From positions 769,378 through 833,377 of the forward strand of contig RHPI01002069.1 of assembly GCA_009103225.1 (NCBI GenBank): a stretch of 64,000 bases of DNA, read 5' to 3'. Below are positions 49,001 to 62,018 of the stretch, one piece after another. The stretch's first letter is position 1. Each line of letters starts with the position of its first letter. The stretch comes from Chlorokybus atmophyticus. Its lineage: Eukaryota > Plantae > Mesostigma and Chlorokybus algae. The notes beneath the pieces are model-generated. The model was given only the letters and a program-made list of their open reading frames with translations, was not told where the DNA came from and ran no database searches. Both the position numbers and the translations under genes were made by a program.

Positions 49001-52000
49001 TGCTGCGAGTGCTTCATGACGCCACAGGTGTGCGCGCTGCCTTGATGGCTGGGATGGCATCTGGCTTGCGCAATGATGCTTCGGATCAGGCAATTGCCAT
49101 GCGGCAAAAGGTATTTACTCACAGGTTGGCTTGTATGCGAGTTTTGCAATGTGCCTGAGACGCCTGTACTCAACAGCCCACCGTACTGCATACCAATCAA
49201 TTGACTGCGGGTGATGGCCTGCTCGCCTCATTGCTGACTGAAAGTCTTGTTGCAGTGGCGCTTGGCAGAGATTGGCTTGGAAGAATACTGCTTTACTCTA
49301 ATCAGCAGGTATAGAAATTGGCACTGACTTGACTGACCGCACGACCACGGCTTGTAGCTTGCTTTTCTCATCATGCACAGCAGTACTTGTCAACACCTTC
49401 GTCCTCGGCTCAACTCACGGCATGTACTCTGTGGTTGAAGTTGTGACTCCACGTAGGTTGTTGAATGTTCTGGATGCTGAGGGCGGAGCAGAAGGTCTGG
49501 TGGAGCGGTCTGCAAAGGGCGTCGCGACAGCATGGAATGCGCCACTGGGTGCGGCCGTGCTGGCGCTGCGCAATGTGGGAATGTCAGGCTGGCAAGCAGG
49601 CGAATGCATCTCTATTGAGCATGAGCTTGAGGCCTGGCAAACTGCTGGCGGCCTCGACGGGACAGGTGCGCTGTCAAATACCACGTGTGGCACAGTTAGG
49701 GATTGTGGTCATTAACACCATTCTGACTGTCGCAGACCCTGCCGCTCCACTGCGGCTGAAGGCTACTCTTGAACGAGCTAGGCGCATTGCTTCGGAGTAC
49801 TCAGACACAGTGCTCAGGCTGTATCCCAAGCACAGCAGTGTAAGCATAGCTCAAGCAATACGCGAGTGCAATGGGTGTGGTCGAAATGGCTGTTGCGGCG
49901 TTGGGTGTCAGCCTTTAGGCGAACCCTCATCAATCTGTTTATTTAGGCTTTGGGCAAGGCTTTGGCGATCCCAGAAAACACCGTCAAGGTGTTTGCGGAA
50001 GGAGAGATCAGGGCAAAGTGAGTTAGCGACTGCGAACAGTCCTGCAAAGTCATTGCCAGTGTAACTTGCTCTGCTAACGGTAGTGGCTCACTCACTCAAT
50101 TCTGCCGCAGTCTGGTGTTCCAGTTGGCAAAGGTGTGCACTCTCTTGTTGAAGGCAGTCCGCAAAGTGTCAAGCGATGAGGGCTGGGATGTTCTGGTGAC
50201 GGGCGATGCCGTGGGAACATTGACTCCGGTAAGGACGGGGTCCATGTAAAGCAGCCGTGATGAAGTCCACCATGCATAGCATGGTACAGATGACCTCATG
50301 CTTGTTCCCTGTCAGGTGGAGCGCATTGCACCTGGGCAGGTCAATGCAAGTGGCCCAGTCGTTCTGCTTGTGAAGAAGGCTGATGGCGACGAAGAGGTGC
50401 AACAGTACTTTGCTTACACTCTGCACGCTAACAGTGTCGGTTGACATTCACTGCCTGCCCACATTCCTTGGTCATGTTGGTTGGATTGAAGGCTTGGCAC
50501 AACCCCAACACCTTCCTTCATTGCATAGGTGCGAGCAGCTGGCGAGAATGTCAAGGGTGTGATACTGCTGCAAGAACTTCCACACCTTTCACATCTTGGT
50601 GTTCGCGCAAGACAAGTGAGTGCCTTCTGCACTGGTTCTTTACCAACCTGAGTCATGCAGTCCTCATACTACTGCTTGATATGACGTTCACTGTTACATG
50701 CAGGAACATGTTGTGTTTGTAACCTGTGAAGATGAGGACAAAATCCGCAACCTTCAAGGGCTTGTGGGCAAATCAGTGCGGTGAGTAGAGTTTTTGCGCA
50801 CTACCAACAAGCCCTGATCAATGGCGGCTGTGTATCTTTGTGTTCTGAACAATCCAGTTGGATTGTGTATACAACATTGATATGAATTGTTGCAACAGGT
50901 TGCATGCGGCATCAGATGGAGTGAAGCTGCAAGAGGAAGCTGCGGGCGCATCGTCTTCCCAAAATAAGGAGGCAGCGACTGTTAAAGTTGCAGGCGAGGC
51001 GGTTCCTGCAGTTGCTGCTGGCAAGGTCAGATGCAACGCAAATGTGGTTACTGGTTTGCACCTGTGCTATTGTGACTCAAAGCGTTTTGTGGTCATCCTG
51101 ATCCATGTATTCTGGTTGCCCATCGCAAACACGCTATCCGGGGGTGCAGGTCAACCTCAGCCCGGGTGGCACGCTGTTGGCGCTAGAAGAGTCCAATAAG
51201 GATAGAGGCGGTGCGAAGAGTGCCGCCTGTGCGCAGCTCGCCAATCTGGCAGCCAAGGCTTCTGCGGAGAAGGGTTAGTACGATTGAGATGAACACCACG
51301 GCAGCTTACCTGACTGCTTGCTCACTGTGTTGATTGCGTGGCCTCTGATACCTGTTGTATGCAGCATTCAAGACTCCTGCTGGCTGCTGCATACCATTCG
51401 GTGCGATGGAAGCTGCGGTGGACGCAGCTGGAAAGCGCAAGGAGTTTGAGAAGCTTCTTGACCAGCTAGAGACTGCGGTAAGTTGTCATTGTGTTCATCT
51501 GCAGCGAATGGCTGCACATAGAGCATTGATGTTGATGATCTGATGACCAATATTGCGTTCAGCCACTGGAAGGAGGTGAGCTTGAGAGGCTATGCAACCA
51601 GATGAAAGCCATCATCTCTGCCGTGCGAATTCCAAAGGATTTGATCTCCAAGATAGGCAGCCAGCTGGGATCTGGTATGTGCAAGTTCACTTGTGATGGA
51701 TGCCTCAAGAGCTCTAACGGTGCTTGTACTAAAAATCACACGTGGTTGCAGACAAGCGGCTGATTGTGCGGTCCAGCGCAAATGTGGAAGACTTGGCGGG
51801 AATGTCCGGAGCCGGCCTGTACGACAGCATACCGAATGTGCGAACATCCGAGCCAGAAGACTTTGCCAAGGCTGTGGCAGAGGTGTGGGCATCGCTGTAC
51901 ACGCGCCGCGCGGTGCTCAGCCGCAGGGTGGCTGGCGTGAAGCAGCGGGATGCAGTCATGTCGGTGCTCGTGCAAGAGCTTCTTGCACCTTCCCTGAGCT

Positions 52001-52404
52001 TTGTGCTACACACGGTCAGCCCCGTTGACCTGTCCAAAGACAAGGTGTATGCGGAGATCGCTGTCGGGCTCGGTGAGACCCTCGCATCAGGCACACGCGG
52101 CGCCCCGTGGCGCTTGCTCGCCGACAAGAACTCTGGCAAGGTGCAGACACTCGCCTTCGCCAACTTCAGCGAGGCAATGGTGGTCGAGGAGGGCGGGCGC
52201 GCCGACGCCCACGTGAAGAAGGTGCTCGTGGACTACAGCAAGCAGGCGCTATCCACCAGCGGGGACGCCCGCAGCAGCCTCGGCAAGAGGCTGGCGGCTG
52301 TCGGCGCGTACCTCGAGGAAGCGCTTGGAGTGCCCCAGGATGTTGAAGGTGGCGTGGTTGGCGATGATGTCTACATCGTCCAGACACGGCCCCAGCCTTT
52401 GTAG
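46052..52404 (+). CDS. PWD: Phosphoglucan, water dikinase (PWD/GWD3), plastidial, multi-exon
   Basis: Transit peptide; CBM20 (VEFILPHQ|[18 protein letters not shown]...WTEKGW...FKYVV); phosphohistidine motif [15 protein letters not shown]; nucleotide-binding domain [24 protein letters not shown]...[14 protein letters not shown]...GLGETLASG...QDVEGG...IVQTRPQP. Confidence 0.96.
47409..47445. repeat. Intronic 9-bp tandem repeat (AATGTTGGC)x4
   Basis: Direct reading of the sequence. Confidence 0.9.
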
Positions 52405-53714
52405 TCGATTACCGCAAGGTGTCACCAGCTTGTGGAGTAGTAGCGTTGCGACACTCAACGCCGCGGGTGTAATATGTCGTGCTTGTAGAAGGAACACCTT
52501 GTAGCACTGCACGAGTACTACACAAGTGCACCAGACTTTTAAGCAACACTTGTATGCGTGTGTATATATACGTGTGGGCCAGAGGCTAACCAGTACAGCT
52601 CAAAGCAGCTGGAAGATCTGGGTCAGTTGCTAATCTGATACTAGTGCTGGCAGACTAGCACCGGTCATCATTGCAGCCATGAAATCGCGCTGCGCTAACA
52701 CTCGCTGCACATAACCTTAGGCCTAGTAATGGTGTGCATGGCCGCAGGGAAGACAGCTGTGCATGTACTGTATGTATACTGCAAGTCTGATACAAGTTGA
52801 GGGTGATTGTGATTTGTTTTGTGCAACATAAGTGGGCCACATGAGACGCACACGAGCAATGTCGCAAGTACAAGACAACCATCAAGTGTCCGCAAAATGC
52901 AGTACAGATTATACAATGTATGTTTGGATTGGACACCGCCGCAATAGACATGCGACATGGATCTGTACCATCTAGGAATAAAGATATGTATTTCCTAGGA
53001 ATAAACACGTGCTTTAAGGTATACATTACGATGTTGCCAAATAGATCACGCACCATTGTTGCTGTAAGCATTTTGCACTAGCTCCATGTTGGCTTCAAAA
53101 CATTCATGGTAAATGTTCATTGATGTGATGATTATCACCGCACACATGGTTATTACGCGTATACGTGTTGTAGCATGTGCATAAAGTATAAGTTGATGAC
53201 TTATACCTTATAAGGCAAAAGAAGCAATCTAATTGCACAACAAGCAGCACCACAAGCAGCAAGCCAACTAGACACAAGGACAGGCATGAACAATGCTTCA
53301 ATTATTACATGGCCATTACAACTATGTGCACTACATGCACTATGTGCTCTTGGCGGGCCCGGCAGTAGGATGCATAGGCTGTGCGATAAGGCCGACGCTA
53401 AGGCACACATCAACGAGTAGCACGCACTTGAGGCATCAAAGCATCAAATTAATTTAGGCAGCAGCAGCACCGAACCGTGTGCGCTACCTACGTGCGAGCA
53501 ATGGGGCGAAAGGGAGAAGGAAGAGGGGTAGAGGCGAAGCAGGTGAGCAAGCAGACTTGTGGCAAGCACACGTGTATTACAAGTAGCACAGCAGCGTGTA
53601 TGCGATAATATCAACAGCATTGTGAATTGGTTGTGCGTAGTCTTATGATTACCCGTATAGAAGCCTCCCCTGTTACAAGCCCCCTTGGCAAGAAGGGGGG
53701 GGGGGGGGGGGGGG

Positions 53715-53855
53715 NNNNNNNNNNNNNNNNNNNNNNNNNNNNNNNNNNNNNNNNNNNNNNNNNNNNNNNNNNNNNNNNNNNNNNNNNNNNNNNNNNNNNN
53801 NNNNNNNNNNNNNNNNNNNNNNNNNNNNNNNNNNNNNNNNNNNNNNNNNNNNNNN
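53715..53855. other. Assembly gap flanked by poly-G on both sides
   Basis: N run with G homopolymers of about 20 nt and 25 nt. Confidence 0.98.
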
Positions 53856-54239
53856 GGGGGGGGGGGGGGGGGGGGGGGGCGCTTGTGTAGAAAGATGAGG
53901 CTTCACCACGGGCAAATACGGTATGCTACAAAATGGCGTTGTGTTCACTTAAGATTTATATACACAGTGAGCCGGTATGCGGGGAGGTGTATGCACATTT
54001 AGGTGATAAGTATGTAAGTTTTTAACATAAAGCAGTCACGTCTGTGGGGTCTTTTGATTTTAAAAAACCATGATAATTACAACACCACCACTGATGACGA
54101 ATAGGTATTCACAATAATTAAATGCTCATCATATAAGTTACATATGGATTATATATGTAATATAGCATGTATGAAAGTTGTAATAACATGAATAAGGCGC
54201 GTACAAAAACCCCACAGCACAATACAATTTTAAAAACAA

Positions 54240-54315
54240 CCATGACTTATACCTTATACAAGACATTATAATTATGATTATGATCGTGATTTCTTGTATG
54301 AGGTATAAGTCATGG
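54240..54315. repeat. 24-bp inverted repeat (23/24 match) with 28-nt AT-rich spacer
   Basis: CCATGACTTATACCTTATACAAGA ... TCTTGTATGAGGTATAAGTCATGG. Confidence 0.9.
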
Positions 54316-54753
54316 ACAAGCACAAAGCAGGCACACAAGGCATGCTAGCATGTAAGAGACGACCACAATGATTACATCAAAAGCCTACAACACTATGTGT
54401 TTGATGTGCTTTGGGTTGTATGTATCATTGATAACACATACATGTCAATCCATCTTGGCTATGTCACATGACAAATGATCAACATCAAAGAATGTATTTA
54501 TCTGCAATCATGCGCACAACATTGTGTATAGCTAGGAACATGCAGAATGCTGACTTCACATCAACTAGGCTAGCACGCATACAAGTATACAATTTGGATT
54601 ATGTAGGTAGGGGACTGAATGTACCGGGTAATATGTGCCAGAACTGCTTGCCAAGCAGGCAAACTTGCAAACTGCAAATGGAATGGAAACAGCTGTTTGT
54701 GAAAGGTCGAACGCTTACATGAAATCTGCAATGTTGATGACCGGGGGGGAGCG

Positions 54754-55159
54754 CGGAAGACGGCCTGCTTCAAGTGAGCTACGTGCCTGTGAAGCTAGCT
54801 GCTGCATTGCCGGAGCGACGGTGACGGAGGCGGTGGTGTTACCGAGGGACGCATTGGAGGTGGTTGTTCTTGCGCAATGATGGTGTCGACGGCGACGGCG
54901 ACGGCGATGGGGGTGGTTGTCCCCACGGCCGCCTCCGTGTCCTCCTCAGCCGGCGCATGCCGCTCCAGAACCGCTGCTGCTCCCGCCTACACCGGGCTGA
55001 GGCGTGCCCGGGCGGCGTCCAGGACTGCTTCAGCTCGGCTGCAGGCTAGGGTTGCAAGGAGTAGTGGCCGTGCCAGCAGCAGCGGACGCATGGTTGTGCG
55101 CTGCGATGTCGGCGAGGAGGTCGAGGTGGAGTTCATCCTGCCACACCAGGTGCGCATTG
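54754..55159 (+). repeat. Apparently identical 406-bp copy of 45929-46334 (PWD 5' region, exon 1 and splice donor)
   Basis: Constant offset of 8825 bp and no differences seen by eye. Ends at the single N at 55160. Confidence 0.95.
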
Positions 55160-55160
55160 N

Positions 55161-57899
55161 CCTTGAGGCCTGCGCCCCGGGTGAGACTGTGCAAATGCCT
55201 ATCACCAACAACAGTGCACACTGCCTGCATTGCCCCCCGTACCATGCACGGCAGCTGTGTAAGTGAGGTAGGGTCATTGTCGTCAGGGTCAGCTGTCATG
55301 AGCTTTGTAACCAGCGTTGTGCATTCGTCGTAGTCAATTCATGCATGGCACAGCTCTGCATTTGCCGTGCTGGTTGCCCTTGGAAGCTGGCAGGTGGTGA
55401 AGATGTATAGTGCTGTCCACTGGCTGTGCCACTGCATGTTTGCATGTTAGAATGCAGCTGCTCCGTTGACATGCATGCAACAGTATTGATTATTTGCAGC
55501 AGGGTTTGCGGGAGAAGGCGACTGTGTGCTCTTTGGCCAATGCCGCAAACCCTGCAGCGTCGGATAATGCAGCTGCAAGGCAGAGGCCGTTGAAGGTGCT
55601 GTTCGCTGCTGGTGGGACTGGAGGTCATGTGGTGAGTTCATGGTGCACATATTACGTACGTTTGGAACAATGTGACCTCAGCAGTACGGTTTTGGTGCTG
55701 AATTAACCTTTGCATGCTGTAGTACCCGGCAATTGCGATTGCGGAGGCCATCAAACAGCAGCAGCCGGACGTGAAAATTGCATTTGCGGGGACGAAAGAC
55801 CGCATGGAGTGGTCAGTGGTAGGCGACTGCACTTGCAGTTGTTGCTGACTGTTGGGCCCGATGCCTGCATGCATGCAGGCTTGCCTGCATGCATGGTCGC
55901 TGGTTGCTTGGCATTCACTTTGTTGCAGAACCTCAGCAAGCCATGGCAACCATGCCTGTTGACATGCAAGGCGTTAGCAAATAGGGATTGAACTAGGCGT
56001 TGTCCTGTTCAGGTGCCATCAGCAGGATATGAAATATTTCCAATTCCAGCCGTCAGTTTGCAGAGAAAGCGCGGTCTCCTGCTGAGTAACTTACTGCTGC
56101 CATTCAAGTAGGTCGGCAAGTTCAGTCCTTTGTAAAGCATGGGAGTGAGAGGTCATGCATTCAGGTCATAACGCTTACAGTGCATTGCAGGCTGCTCTAC
56201 GCCATCTTCAAATGCTGGCAGTTGATTGGAAGGATCAAGCCAAATGCAGTCATTGGGACAGGTGCTGATGGCAATCTTGCGTGTGTGAAACCCGTGCAGT
56301 ACTCTAACATCAGCAGCAGGCATACATTGCATTTCGCCGCCAATGCTTCTGTGTATGATGTGCAGGAGGGTACGTATCCTTGCCAACATGCGCTGCAGCT
56401 GTCCTTCGTGGCTGCCCCGTGATATTGCAAGAGCAGAACGCCTTTGCAGGGGTACGTGTTATTACAACAGTCCCTCTCTTGATGGCACATCTGCCCACAC
56501 TACATTGCTTGCTTGATAGCACATTGATAACATGCGCATGAACTGCACAGGTTGCCAACAGATTGCTGGGACTGTTTGCAACGGTTATCTTCGTGGCCTT
56601 TGAGCAAGCCAAGTCAGCATTCCCAGTGCAAAAGTACACCTTGCACTCATCTGCGTTTGACTATGTTGCACAGCACTTGCTGTGCAGTACCAACTCAGCG
56701 AATTGTCATACTGTTGGCAGGTGTGTGCTTGCCGGGAACCCCACCAGAGCAGCGCTGTGCGCAGCAACAAGGCAGGCGAGTCTCAAACACTTCAGTGCGA
56801 TGGCCAGTGGAAGCAATACAGGTTCGATGCCTGACAACGCTGAAGTCGTCAGCATCATTGGAGGTGAGTGTAGCAAGCGCGTGCGCAGCATCTATTGTTG
56901 CTGTTTATCGTGGTAGCTTTGCACAATTACCCAACTGCTGTGTTGTGCTTGTTAAACAGGATCTCTTGGAGCTGACGCACTTAACAAGGCTGCACGGCTA
57001 GCTATGCCTTTTCTTCTCCAGTCACGGCCGCTCTTGCATGTCGTGTGGCAGGTAAAGAGCGAACCTAACATATGCAACTTGCAAATGTGCCTGAAACGGG
57101 TGAACATCTGAGCGCAGTCCATCAGTGTACACCTGCTTGGGGTATGCAGCTCACTGACTTGCCATGTTGTAATAAAGACAGGTAAGATCTACTACGACGA
57201 GGTCAAGGCAATAGCGACTCCTCATCCGCGGCTTCTGATCGTACCGTAAGCACAGCAATGAGCTGTGAATGCTATGCCTCTGCTGCATGCTGAACATTGT
57301 CGCATTGATGCTGCTGCAGTTACCACAAGCAGGTAGAATATGCATATGCTGCAGCTGACTTGGTGGTGGCACGAGCCGGCGCAATCACTTGCAGCGAGCT
57401 TCTGGTCACTGGCACACCCTCTGTACTGGTACGATTATGGACAACCTGGGTTGTGGTGCATGCTGCAAGCAGCGACGATAGTGAGATAATGGTCACCCTT
57501 CTGCTTTGACAGATACCCTCAAGCAATGTTACTGAAGACCACCAGACAAAGAATGCGCAAGCCATGGTGAGTGCGGGAGCCGCTGTGCTGCTTGCAGAAG
57601 AGGACCTCACCCCGGACGATCTCTCAGCGAAGGTCACATCCCTTCTTGGTGAGTGCAAAGCAGTGTTGCATGGCAGATAACATGCAACGGCTCTTCTGCC
57701 AACATTGCTTGACGCAATACATGCGCACAACCGCTGTATCTGGCCAGACGACCCTGTGAGGTTGAGCGAGATGAAGAAGGGGGCTCGTGCTGCGGCGAGG
57801 CCTCAAGCTGCCGACGAGATGGCTTCGACCGTGGTGTCCATCGCTGTGCAACATCAGACCAGGAGGGGCTGGATACCAACCTTTGCGGCGGTCGCTTAG
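55161..57899 (+). CDS. murG: MurG, peptidoglycan lipid II GlcNAc transferase (GT28), multi-exon; first exon truncated at the N
   Basis: LKVLFAAGGTGGHV|YPAIAIAEAI, FAGTKDRMEW, KPNAVIGT|GGYVS.P, LQEQNAFAG|VANRLL, GNPTR, IIG|GSLGA..LN, AYAAADLVVARAGAITCSEL...PSVL|IPS.NVTEDHQTKNA and AARPQAA. The frame stays open across all exons checked. Confidence 0.94.
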
Positions 57900-58454
57900 T
57901 AAGCGTGCGTGCAGTTGTGGATCGGGAGCTGCCACCTCCAAGAGGCTTCTTGGCAGCACCATTTTGGTGTAGTGTCAGTTTGTTTGGTGTTAGCTACATT
58001 GGGATGCGTGGATGTATCAGCTGCTGCTGATGGTACTTGTACTGTTGTACAATAATTGCTAATACAGGCCATTTTGCGCTCCGTTGGTGGGTTAAGCGCG
58101 TGACAACTGCAAGTGTTGGAACCAACGGGGCATTGTGGCATAGTGTAGTCTTTGGCCAACCGGTGCTTGTACATGGACACTGCATTGGGTATGCTTCGTA
58201 CATGCATTGTGGACGCTGACTCGCTCTCTGTCCTTCCCATAAGATAGAGGGAGCAACTGCTGCGCGACCCAACACAACCTCACTGCACAACTTTTTTCGC
58301 TGCCGGTTGCTTGTTACACAAGTCACAGCTCGCAGCCCGCTTGTGGTGCTTGCACGTGGTGTACATCAAATGCAGGACATGCATGGGCATGCACAACGTG
58401 TAGTTCAGTCAGCACGCAGCAACACATGCAAGGTGTCGTACAAATGATAATTAG

Positions 58455-58543
58455 TTGACCACCGGGCTACTACTAGCACGCTAATCTACTGCCTCTACCC
58501 CGTTAGACATGCAGCAGTCAATACGCAGTTGGTAATCACCTGC
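58455..58543. repeat. Degenerate dispersed repeat, copy 2 (related to 15443-15551)
   Basis: Same collinear blocks as copy 1, with an internal indel. Confidence 0.65.
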
Positions 58544-59039
58544 CCACATGGGCGTACTTGCACGCTTGAGCTGGTTATTAGGTGATCTTTGTAAGCTCTT
58601 ATAAGGCGAGCTACGTGAGCTATGTACAAGCTGCATCTACACCGGACCACCTAACTGAGCCCATTCGTGGAAGGCCTATGCTATGCTTGATCGGTTATAA
58701 CCATGCTTCATATGTCCAGCAATGTATAACAGGTCGTGAACATCGCACTCGAGGCGTTTGCTCTTGCACCAGATTGAACTGGGCAAGGGCATGCCACCAC
58801 AGTGTCGTCGTACTTGGCGCCATTGCCACTGAGTCAGTGGTACTGACCCACAGTTGGTTTCCAGTCAGGCGTAGCCATGCCAACTGCGCATTGTCAAGCT
58901 GTGCCCGCTGCAAAACGTTACACCTACAGCCAGGCGGCCAACAAACGACCTTGCTGCTGCTGCTGCTGCTGAGCATGGAACAGAGGCGCAGTTCAGCAAA
59001 AACACTCACTACAGCAAGCCAAGTCTAACTCACACACGC

Positions 59040-61062
59040 ATGCTGTTGGCGGCGAGCAGGGCGGTGGGACTGGCGGTGTCCTCGGCGGCGGCGGCGGTGG
59101 CGAGGAGGTCGCTGGTGAGAAGCAGCAGCAGCAGCAGGGGAGGAGTGCCAGGTCAACTGCCACTGTTCCGCCAGTGTCCGCCCCACCTGCTGCTGCTGCC
59201 TCGCCGGCGAGCAACCTCGTCCTGCTGGGCCACCGGCGGCATGGAGCGGGAGCCGGTTGGGGACGCCGCCGCCGCCTCGCAGCTGGGTTCGAAACCTGTA
59301 GTTGCCATTGACCTGGACGAAGGCATGGGCTTTGTTATTGTTGTTATGCTTGTGTTTGTGGTGGTGGTGTGGTTTGTTGTTGGACACCCATTGACATCTT
59401 CTTCCTTGGGGTGCGGAGTGACACAATGTGCACTCATTTTGTGTTGATGTGCAGTTCAGAACACGAGTGCTAGCGCATTTGCACGTCGTGCGGGCATGGC
59501 CTTACTACAATATTGCACGTCTTGACTTGTTGTATTGCAGTGCTGGGCGCTTCCGTGACTGCCCTGTACGAGTGGCACAATGAGATGTACCGAACCAACC
59601 TGAAGCTCGCGGACTTCCACAGCTACCAGTACTGGGAGGTGAGCAGTTGTGTAGCAGTTGAATTGGCTAACACACGCGCTCACGCATGCATGCACGCACA
59701 CATGCACCCACCCAAGCACGCCCGCGCATGTGTGCGCACGCGCTGGCACGCGCACAAACACACATGCAAAAGCAAGCACGCGCGCACACATGCATCCATG
59801 AAGACGCACACACCTTCGTCTCCGGAGAATACGCACGCACACACCAGTCTAATCCGGGCTCATGGTGATGCAACACCTTGCATGCGCAGGTCTGGGGCGG
59901 GACACGACAAGAAGGTGCGAACTGATACTATCACCACCACATCACACCACAGGCACCATCTGTTGTTGGCTCCGTGCAAACACTTTTTGTGGGCATGTCA
60001 TGTGGACTTGCACCTCTCTCGCTCACTGGTGGCTGTCATGTCTTGTGCGCGCGTGTCTGCAGCCATTGCCAAGGTCCGCGAGTGGTACAACTCTGGTCAC
60101 TTTGCCAACTTGGGTGTTGTGGAGGGCTCTGTGAGCACCTTGCAGGCTTTGTCTCAGCAATACGACTTCGTTGTGGTCACCTCCAGACAGGCCGTGATTG
60201 AAGAAAGATCAAGGTGCGTAACATTACTTGTTGCTTACCTATGACAGAATGTGAACATGCGCGTGCGCATACACGCGCATGTGCACGCATGCCACGTGAC
60301 TGTGACTGCTCCGTGCAGGCAGTGGATTGAGAAGCACTTTCCAGGCGTGTTCAAGGCCGTCTACTTCGGTGCGCTGAACTGGACCTTGCTTGCAACTTGT
60401 TATGGACTAGAAAGAGATTGCTTCCAGGTGTTCATGCTTGCAGCCAGTAAAGGTGATGTGCGTGCATGCGCATTGCAGGGAACCACTATGCTGCTGCGGG
60501 AGAGCCTGCGCATCACTACACTAAGGCGGAGATGTGCAAGGAGGCACGGGCAGTCGCTCTGGTGAGCACCTGCTCCGGTTGCAAGCGGCCATGCTTAGTA
60601 ATGCAGCCCGAGCCATTCACAGGCATGAAGTGCTGCCTTATGATCAATTAACAAACCTGTTCACAGGTTGACGACAATCAAGACTATTGCATGGAGTGCG
60701 CGGAGGCGGGCATACAGGTGTGTTAAACAGCTTAAAGCAACTGTGTTATGCCTGCGTACACGTACATCGTTGTATGTGACGGACTTTGTGTGGACTTGGT
60801 GTATTGTGCAGGCATTCTTGTTTGATCTGGGAGGGAACTACCTATGGAGCAGGTGCACATAGTGTCATCAGCTGCTGCTGTAGATATGTATGCTTTCCGC
60901 ATCTCGCTGTACGTGAATTGTAACAAGTTGCACCTTTGCAGAAGGCGTAAAGGTGTTGTTTTCGAAGACTTGCCACCAGGGGTGATGCGCGTGACATCGT
61001 GGCATGAAGTGCAACGGCATCTGATGGAAAGGTTGAAAAACGAGCAACCGCATTCGGATTGA
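59040..61062 (+). CDS. HAD-superfamily 5'(3')-deoxyribonucleotidase (NT5C)-like protein with organellar presequence
   Basis: KPVVAIDLDE|VL (HAD motif I), FHSYQYWE|VWG, YDFVVVTSRQ, WIEKHFPGVF..VYFG|NHY, K.EMCKE..AVAL|VDDN.DY..ECAEAGI and RVTSWHEV. Confidence 0.85.
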
Positions 61063-62018
61063 TTGTCAACAGTTGACCCATTCATTCAATTACCAGCACT
61101 GTGCACATAGTAGACTAGAGATTGATGCATACAGCAAAGATAGTGGGAACGCAGAGTGTCAGCACATTGTCACCGGAAGGCGCATGCTCGCCTGTGTGAA
61201 CCATGGGTAGTCACAACAATCGGTTACCAAGATGTTTGGTAGTGGCTGCGCTCTATATAGGCTTATCTGTAGCCCAGTTGCAACGCAAATACCAAGCATA
61301 TACATGCAAGCTGACTGATTGCAAACAAGCATTGCAGAGCACATCAGCAGTGGCACTTGCGGCAGCCAAAATCTGCACGGCATGGTTTGGCCAGCATCCG
61401 ACACGCATCAAGGCCGCAGCGGAAGCATTCGGTTGCGTGTTTATTCAGCACACGAGCAAAAGTTGCTGCGAGTACCGAGCAACGAACAAGGCACCAACAA
61501 CAAACCACTCTGGTCTGCCCTGCAACAGATGTTGCGTGCACCTTTACAACCTCAACATAAAGCAGTACCACAGGTCAAGTGGCTGGGGATGCACGATAAG
61601 CAAACGTTGTGCGGCGGTAGCTGCTTGCAATGGTCTCAACATTGATGCACAGCGCGCACGCGCCAGAATGCAAGGACATCTGCCAATCGAGTTCTATCAT
61701 AAGCACACTGATCTTGCTGATTCTGGTGTGCTTGTGAACTGAAGTGACTGTCATCATGCAAGCACACATGCAGCCAAACGCCATGGAAAGTATTTACACG
61801 CGAGCAAATAACTTCTGTACAACAGAGAAGCCAACCATCCTGTTTCAACAGCGAACCCATCTGTGAAATGTTGTTATTTAAACAATAGACGACTGCAAGG
61901 GAATGTACTCAAAATGAAAGCGCTGCTGATGACGAATCATCATCAGTTGGTGGCTCCCTGCCAAGGGAAGATATGAGCTCAAGACTGACAGGCGTTGCCC
62001 GATTCAAGATTGTCATTT

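Noticed and set aside
53695-53880. Poly-G tracts as a G-quadruplex or biological feature
   Set aside because: They flank an N gap on both sides, so their length and continuity are unreliable and may be sequencing artefact.
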